Shown here: in pieces, positions 58,239 through 64,000 of the stretch
Numbering within the stretch: the first letter of the stretch is position 1
How the letters are laid out: each line of letters opens with the position of its first letter
Assembly: GCA_037445735.1 (NCBI GenBank)
Contig: JBBIJY010000006.1
Location: 45,759 to 109,758 of the forward strand
DNA length: 64,000 nt
Origin: Armatimonadota bacterium
GTDB taxonomy: Bacteria; Armatimonadota; Fimbriimonadia; Fimbriimonadales; GBS-DC
Direction of reading: 5' to 3'
The notes under the pieces: generated by a model
The model's database searches: none
Told to the model about the DNA's origin: nothing
Seen by the model: the letters and a program-made list of their open reading frames with translations, nothing else
Made by a program: the position numbers and the translations under genes

Positions 58239-58928
58239 TTAATGCTGAGGGGCAGGCACGGGCTCATGCATAAAGAAGCCTGCGAGCGCGATCAGCCCCA
58301 GCGCGCTCAACAGCACGAAGCCCACCATGCACCAGCGGTGTAGGGTGCGCTGTGCCCGCTCGCCAACCGTGATGCCCCAGCGAATGCAGAAGTTCCAGAC
58401 CCCATTGAACAGGTGATAGCTGCTGGCAATCACGCCCAGCGCGTAGGCTGCCACCACGATCGGGTTCTGGAACTGCGCCTGCATTCCTGAATAGTAGATA
58501 TCAGTGCCATACAACTTGTGGCTGATGGAGGTGGAATAGACATGATAAAGCAGGAAGAAGAAGATATAAACGCCACTGACACGCTGAAGGGTGTACGCCA
58601 GATTCTCGCTGAAGCGATAGCGATAGATATTCGCCCTGCCGTGATAGGTAATCACGAAGCCGTACAGCGCGTGGAACAGCAGGGGCAAAATCACCAGAAA
58701 GAGTTCCATCGCGTACAGCACGGGCTTGGGCAAAATCACATTGAAAAAGTACACAATCGCATTGAAATACTGGGGTCCCATCGCGGCGAAAGAGTTGAAG
58801 AACAGGTGCTGCACCAGATAGTAGCCGACGGGGAAGATGCCGGTGAGCGAGTGGAGTTTATGGAGCGTGTAGTTATCGCCCTTGAGCCACTCGCGCCAGC
58901 CTGCTCTGGGTGCGGTTCCGACGCTCAT
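58239..58928 (-). CDS. sdhC: Succinate dehydrogenase cytochrome b558 subunit (Bacillus type)
   Basis: KLHSLTG, FHALYG, QRVSG, YHLFNG..WGIT. Confidence 0.9.
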   Translation of the reverse strand: MSVGTAPRAGWREWLKGDNYTLHKLHSLTGIFPVGYYLVQHLFFNSFAAMGPQYFNAIVYFFNVILPKPVLYAMELFLVILPLLFHALYGFVITYHGRANIYRYRFSENLAYTLQRVSGVYIFFFLLYHVYSTSISHKLYGTDIYYSGMQAQFQNPIVVAAYALGVIASSYHLFNGVWNFCIRWGITVGERAQRTLHRWCMVGFVLLSALGLIALAGFFMHEPVPAPQH

Positions 58929-58952
58929 TGGTTGCCTACCTCCTGCATGGGA

Positions 58953-59732
58953 TTATACCTCGCTGAGGCGGTGCTGGAGCCGCTGGATGGAGAGGGCGCG
59001 ACCGCTGGTGCGGTCGAAATCGAGCAGCACGCCGCAGACGACCGGCGCGCCCTTCGCCACCTCGAATTTGGCTGGCATGCCGGTGAGGAACCGCCGTATC
59101 ACAATCGCGGCGTCCATCCCGATCACCGAGTCGAACGGTCCACACATACCGACATCGGAGAGGAACGCCGTGCCGCCGGGCAGGATGCGCTCGTCAGCGG
59201 TCTGCACATGAGTGTGGGTGCCGATGACCGCGCTGGCACGACCGTCCACATAGAGCGCGAAGGCGGCTTTCTCGGAGGTCGCCTCCGCGTGGAAGTCGAT
59301 CAGCACAAAGGGTGTCTCGATCTGCGGGCGCAGCGCATCGAAGGTGCGGAAGGGGCAGTCGGCATGCTCCATAAACACGCGCCCCGTTAGTACCATCACC
59401 GCAAGCTGCTTATCCAGCACGGGAAAGAGGTTCCAGCCGCGTCCGGGCACGCCCGGCGGATAGTTCGCGGGGCGAATAAGGCGCGGGTCAGAATCGAGCA
59501 TCGGGTAAATCTCCTTCTTCTGCCACACATGGTTGCCCAGCGTCATCACTTCGATGCCGAGCGCGAAGAGTTCGTTCGCGATATCGGGCGTGATGCCCAT
59601 GCCGCCCGCCGCGTTCTCGCCGTTGGCAATAATAATATCGGGCGCATAGCGCACGCGCCATTCGGGCAGTATCTGCGCCACCCCCCGCCTGCCAGGACGC
59701 CCCACTATATCGCCGAGGAAGAGCACGCGCAT
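58953..59732 (-). CDS. YmdB/TIGR00282 metallophosphoesterase
   Basis: GDIVG, NGEN, GNH, DFHAEATSEK, GTHTH. Confidence 0.94.
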   Translation of the reverse strand: MRVLFLGDIVGRPGRRGVAQILPEWRVRYAPDIIIANGENAAGGMGITPDIANELFALGIEVMTLGNHVWQKKEIYPMLDSDPRLIRPANYPPGVPGRGWNLFPVLDKQLAVMVLTGRVFMEHADCPFRTFDALRPQIETPFVLIDFHAEATSEKAAFALYVDGRASAVIGTHTHVQTADERILPGGTAFLSDVGMCGPFDSVIGMDAAIVIRRFLTGMPAKFEVAKGAPVVCGVLLDFDRTSGRALSIQRLQHRLSEV

Positions 59733-59734
59733 CG

Positions 59735-61018
59735 TCAGCTGACAAAATGCACGGGGAATCGGGCGGTCAGCTCGCGCACCTCACGGCGCACGCGCTCCAG
59801 CTCCAGCTCGCTCTCGTAAAAGCGCAGCGCACGGACAATCAGCTGCGCGATAATCGCCATCTCTGGCTCACGCATGCCGCGCGTGGTGACGGCGGGCGTG
59901 CCAATGCGAATGCCGCTCGTTACAAACGGCTTCTGCGTGTCGTACGGGATCATGTTCTTGTTCGTGGTGATGTTGACCGAGTCGAGAATCTGCTGTGCCT
60001 GCTTGCCAGTCAGACCGAGCGGGGTGAGGTCGATGAGCATCAGGTGGCTGTCGGTGCCGCCGGCGACCAGTCGGACACCCTCGGCTTGCAGCGCGGCGGC
60101 GAGCGCCCGCGCGTTCGCCTTCACCTGACGCTGATAGGCTTTGAACTCCGGCTGGAGCGCCTCGTGAAAGCAGACCGCTTTGCCCGCAATTTGATGCATC
60201 AGCGGTCCGCCCTGCAAGCCGGGAAAGACCGTCTTATCAATGAGCGCGGCATAGTCCGCGCGGCAGAGGATCATCCCGCCGCGCGGACCGCGCAGGGTCT
60301 TGTGCGTGGTGGTGGTCACGAAATCGGCGTAGGGGATAGGGGATGGATACTCGCCCGCGGCGATCAAGCCAGCGGGATGGGCGATGTCCGCCATCAGGTA
60401 CGCGCCCACCTCATCCGCGATCGAACGCATCGCTGCCCAGTCGATCTCGCGGGGGTAGACCGTCGCGCCGCCGACGATGAGTTTGGGGCGGTGCTGGCGT
60501 GCCAGCTCGCGCAACTGGTCATAGTCGATGGCCTCGGTGTCGCGTCGCACGCCGTAATGCACCACCTGATAAAGCGTGCCCGAAAAGTTCACGGGGCTGC
60601 CGTGCGTCAGATGCCCGCCCTGCGCCAGATCGAGCGCCAGATAGGTGTCGCCCGGCTGAAGCACAGCGAAGTAGACCGCCATGTTTGCATTCGCGCCTGA
60701 GTGGGGCTGCACATTGGCGTGTTCCGCGCCGAACAGCTGCTTCGCCCGTTCAATCGCAAGGCGTTCCACCTCGTCGTAATACTCGCAGCCACCGTAGTAG
60801 CGCTTGCCAGGGTAGCCCTCGGCATATTTATCGGTCATCACCGAGCCGACCGCCTCGCGCACCGCGCGACTGGTGATGTTCTCGGAGGCAATCAGCTCCA
60901 GATTGCGTTCCTGTCGCTCCGTCTCGTGCTGGATGAGGGCGTACACTTCGGGGTCCACCTCCTGCAAAGAGGCAGTCCGCTGCCGACGCACATAGGTCGC
61001 AAAGTCGATCACGCTCAT
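59735..61018 (-). CDS. glyA: Serine hydroxymethyltransferase
   Basis: [31 protein letters not shown]. Confidence 0.97.
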   Translation of the reverse strand: MSVIDFATYVRRQRTASLQEVDPEVYALIQHETERQERNLELIASENITSRAVREAVGSVMTDKYAEGYPGKRYYGGCEYYDEVERLAIERAKQLFGAEHANVQPHSGANANMAVYFAVLQPGDTYLALDLAQGGHLTHGSPVNFSGTLYQVVHYGVRRDTEAIDYDQLRELARQHRPKLIVGGATVYPREIDWAAMRSIADEVGAYLMADIAHPAGLIAAGEYPSPIPYADFVTTTTHKTLRGPRGGMILCRADYAALIDKTVFPGLQGGPLMHQIAGKAVCFHEALQPEFKAYQRQVKANARALAAALQAEGVRLVAGGTDSHLMLIDLTPLGLTGKQAQQILDSVNITTNKNMIPYDTQKPFVTSGIRIGTPAVTTRGMREPEMAIIAQLIVRALRFYESELELERVRREVRELTARFPVHFVS

Positions 61019-61283
61019 GGCAGAAGCGATTATACCCCTCCGATAGGACTTCAGTTGCGCGGTGAATCGGCGGCAAGCTCATTCACTCCCTGGAAGCAGG
61101 AACTGTGCTGTTGCCAACGAACTGTTCCCTGCGGAGGTGAGACGGGTCGCAAGTGATTGAGCCAATCGGCGCGATGGGAACCGCCCTTGCCTCTGGCTGA
61201 AAGACTTTTGAGCGCGGATGGCGCGGTCGTGATGGCTCTGCTTTGATAATGACGCTATCTATCTGGGTTCGGGCACAGGTGCT

Positions 61284-63269
61284 GTGGATGGCAACGGCTG
61301 GCTCTGCAATGGCATGCTTCTGCTACCCGCTACAGGGCAAACGGCTTTCGAGCTGCCTTTCCCCACACTTGATGTGTTCCATTCGGGCTATTTTTACGTC
61401 TCTTCGCCAGCACCCAAGGGCACGCTCAGTGCCACGATTGAGTACGCCGATACCCAGGCACCAAGCGCGGTCGGACTGCTGACTTACCGTCTCAACGGGC
61501 AACTGATTGCCCAGTTTGACTATCGGGGTACCGCGAATGAGCCTGGCTACTACCCCGACGGCACGCTCCGCTTTGCCCGTGAATGGCTACCGGGCAACCG
61601 CACCGCCGAGTGGCGCTGGGACTACTCCCCCGACGGCAGCCTGCAATCAGAGACCTCGCGATTGGACGAAGGTAATCCCAAAGAAGTTCAGTTTGCCTAC
61701 GATGTGAATGGGAACCTCACTCGCTGGGGCGACGATGCCCCCGACTGGCGCTACGACTACAATCGGCTCTGGTGGGTTGGGGGGAGCCACCCGCACGGAG
61801 GCAGCTACAACTGGTATATGACCTACACCCCCAACGGCGATCGCGCCCGTTTGTGGAACGCTCCCCAACCCATTGAAGGCGATGTGAACGGGGATGGGGT
61901 GGTGGACGATGCGGACCTGCTGGCTGTGCAGTTCGCGTTGGGTCAGCAATGCCCCCAGGGCTGCCCTGAAGACCTGAATAGGGATGGGCAAGTCGATGAT
62001 GGAGACTTGATGATAGTGTTGTTCAACTTTGGGCAGAGCGCGGGCGAGGTGAGCTGGGGCTATCAGTACGATGTGTGGGGCAACCTGATGGTGGCGAGCA
62101 GCTCTCAGGCGGGCGTGGTGCTGAACGCAATCTACGACAGCCTGGGGCGTCGGGTGGGCTTGCAGGGCGTTCGGAGTGGCGTGCCGTTTGAGGTATGGCG
62201 CCTGTACGAGGACGACACGCTGCTGGCGGAGGTGGATTCTCAGGGTCGGGTGGTCGCCGAGTATGTATGGGGACCGCTGGGACCAATGGCGCGGTTAGAC
62301 TACAGCGGTTCGGGCGTGAGCTGTTATTATGTGCTGGATGCGCTGGGGCATGTGCGGGTGTTGTTGAGCAGTGGGGGCGAGGCGCTGGAGGTGTGGCGGT
62401 ACGACAGCTGGGGTGTGCCGCTATCGCCGCCCGAAAACCCCATCCCGCAGCCGTTTCTCTGGAACGGGGCATATGGGTACGAGTGGGACTGCTTTGGTGG
62501 CACAGGTCTGTACCATGTCGGTGCCCGCGCCTATGACCCCCGCACCGCCCGCTGGCTGCAGAGAGACCCGATAGACGCCGCCTCCGGCGACCCGAACCTC
62601 TATCGGTATTGCGGGAATGACCCGATTAACTGCGCGGATCCAACAGGTTTAGTGGTTCTACGACCTCCCCACCTAATCCAGTTTACCCAAGAGAGCATAG
62701 GTCAAAGGTTCAGAGATGGTCGCTCAATATGGGATCTGATAGAGGGACTAAAAAGCGGTCGCATCCAGCCACAAGATGTGCCACCCATTCGCATCTTTGA
62801 ATGGCAAGGGCAGCTCTATACTCTGGATAATCGTCGTCTTTACGCATTTCAGCAAGCAGGGAAAGAAGTTCCTACAGTTTGGGCGACACCTGAAGAAGTT
62901 CAGAGGGAGGCGGTTCATGGAAACAAGCGCTATCGGGGTAGTTCAACTCGTGTACGCGGGTTGGGACGAGCGCTGGGTGTTTTCGGCTTGCTTCTGTTAG
63001 GCGCGGATTTAGCTCGCGCAGCGGGCGCTCCTTGTGGGCAGCGCAGTGAAGCTGTAGGAAATGTTTTAGGAAGCTACGCAGGAGGTCTTGCTGGCGCTTG
63101 GGCGGGAGCTAAGGTAGGTATGGCTCTTGGATCTGCTTTTGGACCAGTAGGTACAGTTGTGGGCGGTGCTGCAGGGGCGATTATTGGAGGTATAATCGGT
63201 TCCACGATTGGTGGCGAAATCGGCGGACGCGTGGGGGGCTACTTTGATAACCCCTGCGAGTGTCCGTAA
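61284..63269 (+). CDS. Rhs repeat-associated core toxin (apparently N-truncated) with internal dockerin-like module, ParB-like C-terminal domain and glycine zipper
   Basis: YD repeats, GARAYDP..ARWLQRDP, NLYRYC, DPINCADPTG; FTQ..F.DG...PPIR...LDNRRL. Confidence 0.87.
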   Translation: MDGNGWLCNGMLLLPATGQTAFELPFPTLDVFHSGYFYVSSPAPKGTLSATIEYADTQAPSAVGLLTYRLNGQLIAQFDYRGTANEPGYYPDGTLRFAREWLPGNRTAEWRWDYSPDGSLQSETSRLDEGNPKEVQFAYDVNGNLTRWGDDAPDWRYDYNRLWWVGGSHPHGGSYNWYMTYTPNGDRARLWNAPQPIEGDVNGDGVVDDADLLAVQFALGQQCPQGCPEDLNRDGQVDDGDLMIVLFNFGQSAGEVSWGYQYDVWGNLMVASSSQAGVVLNAIYDSLGRRVGLQGVRSGVPFEVWRLYEDDTLLAEVDSQGRVVAEYVWGPLGPMARLDYSGSGVSCYYVLDALGHVRVLLSSGGEALEVWRYDSWGVPLSPPENPIPQPFLWNGAYGYEWDCFGGTGLYHVGARAYDPRTARWLQRDPIDAASGDPNLYRYCGNDPINCADPTGLVVLRPPHLIQFTQESIGQRFRDGRSIWDLIEGLKSGRIQPQDVPPIRIFEWQGQLYTLDNRRLYAFQQAGKEVPTVWATPEEVQREAVHGNKRYRGSSTRVRGLGRALGVFGLLLLGADLARAAGAPCGQRSEAVGNVLGSYAGGLAGAWAGAKVGMALGSAFGPVGTVVGGAAGAIIGGIIGSTIGGEIGGRVGGYFDNPCECP

Positions 63270-63291
63270 CTGACGATCCAGTAATGGGCAT

Positions 63292-63924
63292 ATGATAAGG
63301 TTAGATGACATAGCAAACTTCATTGCCAGGTATGGGCGTATTCAGCTGAATCTGCCCATCGAACAGCAAATCAGCGAACTGTCACTACGCCCCCCCACAG
63401 ACTTGCAGCCACTGATTGCTCAAGTTGTCACGCCTCACCACGCCGCTGCCTTTGTGTTTCTGATGGAGCAGCACCTGAGGCATTACCCTGCTCAGTGGCG
63501 CAACCCGCAGTTAGCGGACTTTTTGCTGGCGCTTGCCAAAGCAATCATATCCAAGCGATCGCGTAAGCTGGGTCAAATGCCCTCTCAAGCCTTGTCGTGG
63601 CAGGTGTTTGTCGACTGGCTGTGGCAGGCGGGTTTTGTAATAGTTCCCCAGCCTACTGTTGGAACTGATTGTATAGAGGTCGACATATGGAGTTTGGTAA
63701 AAGCCTGTGGGGCTGCGGAGGATGTAGCCCTTGTCCTGCAGGCATTAGTGAAAGATTGGCAGGAGCGTCAAGATTACTGGGCAGAGTATCGTAATGACAC
63801 GCTGGATGCATATCTGTCATCTCTATGGGGATTGTTGATCGATCTGCCTGAATATAGCCACCAGCGGAATTTGGATTGGCAATTGATAGCAGATTTGCTA
63901 GTGAGCGCAGTGTTCTATGAATAG
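63292..63924 (+). CDS. Putative immunity protein
   Basis: Starts 22 nt after the Rhs stop, AT-richer DNA, duplicated helical motif ending WQLIADLLVSAVFYE. Confidence 0.65.
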   Translation: MIRLDDIANFIARYGRIQLNLPIEQQISELSLRPPTDLQPLIAQVVTPHHAAAFVFLMEQHLRHYPAQWRNPQLADFLLALAKAIISKRSRKLGQMPSQALSWQVFVDWLWQAGFVIVPQPTVGTDCIEVDIWSLVKACGAAEDVALVLQALVKDWQERQDYWAEYRNDTLDAYLSSLWGLLIDLPEYSHQRNLDWQLIADLLVSAVFYE

Positions 63925-64000
63925 AGAGGACGGGGTACCTTGAGATAATACGGCACTGGCAACCATAAAACATTCCCCGCACCGCCCGCTGGCTGCAGCG

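Noticed and set aside
61040-61230. ZTP/THF riboswitch upstream of glyA
   Set aside because: A TATAAT lies 10 nt from the glyA ATG, leaving no leader, and no consensus was recognised.

Overview
GC-rich, gene-dense bacterial chromosomal segment. Armatimonadota (Fimbriimonadia-like) is inferred from the prepilin/DUF1559/H-X9-DG protein and the repeated DDADLLxVLFxFG dockerin-like tails; this is not proven from the window. It holds about 55 CDS, mostly housekeeping genes separated from their usual operon partners (pstB, hisB, argJ, queE, rph, glyA, sdhCA, holA, rimI, corA), plus a type IV pilus operon (pilB-pilT-pilC-pilD), glycosylation genes, a diguanylate cyclase, an ANTAR regulator and an orphan CcrM-like DNA methyltransferase. 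Two toxin-antitoxin pairs have damaged toxins, REP-like palindrome clusters occur at two sites, and an Rhs toxin/immunity pair lies at the right end. The most notable signal is one dockerin-like Ca-binding module on three unrelated exported proteins (probably a fourth) and inserted inside the Rhs toxin core, which suggests a shared surface-docking or sorting system. Also notable are many GG-TAnnnT extended -10 promoters placed for leaderless translation, and a candidate structured sRNA downstream of pilD. No rRNA, tRNA, CRISPR array or transposase was recognised. All family calls come from motif recognition, without database searches.
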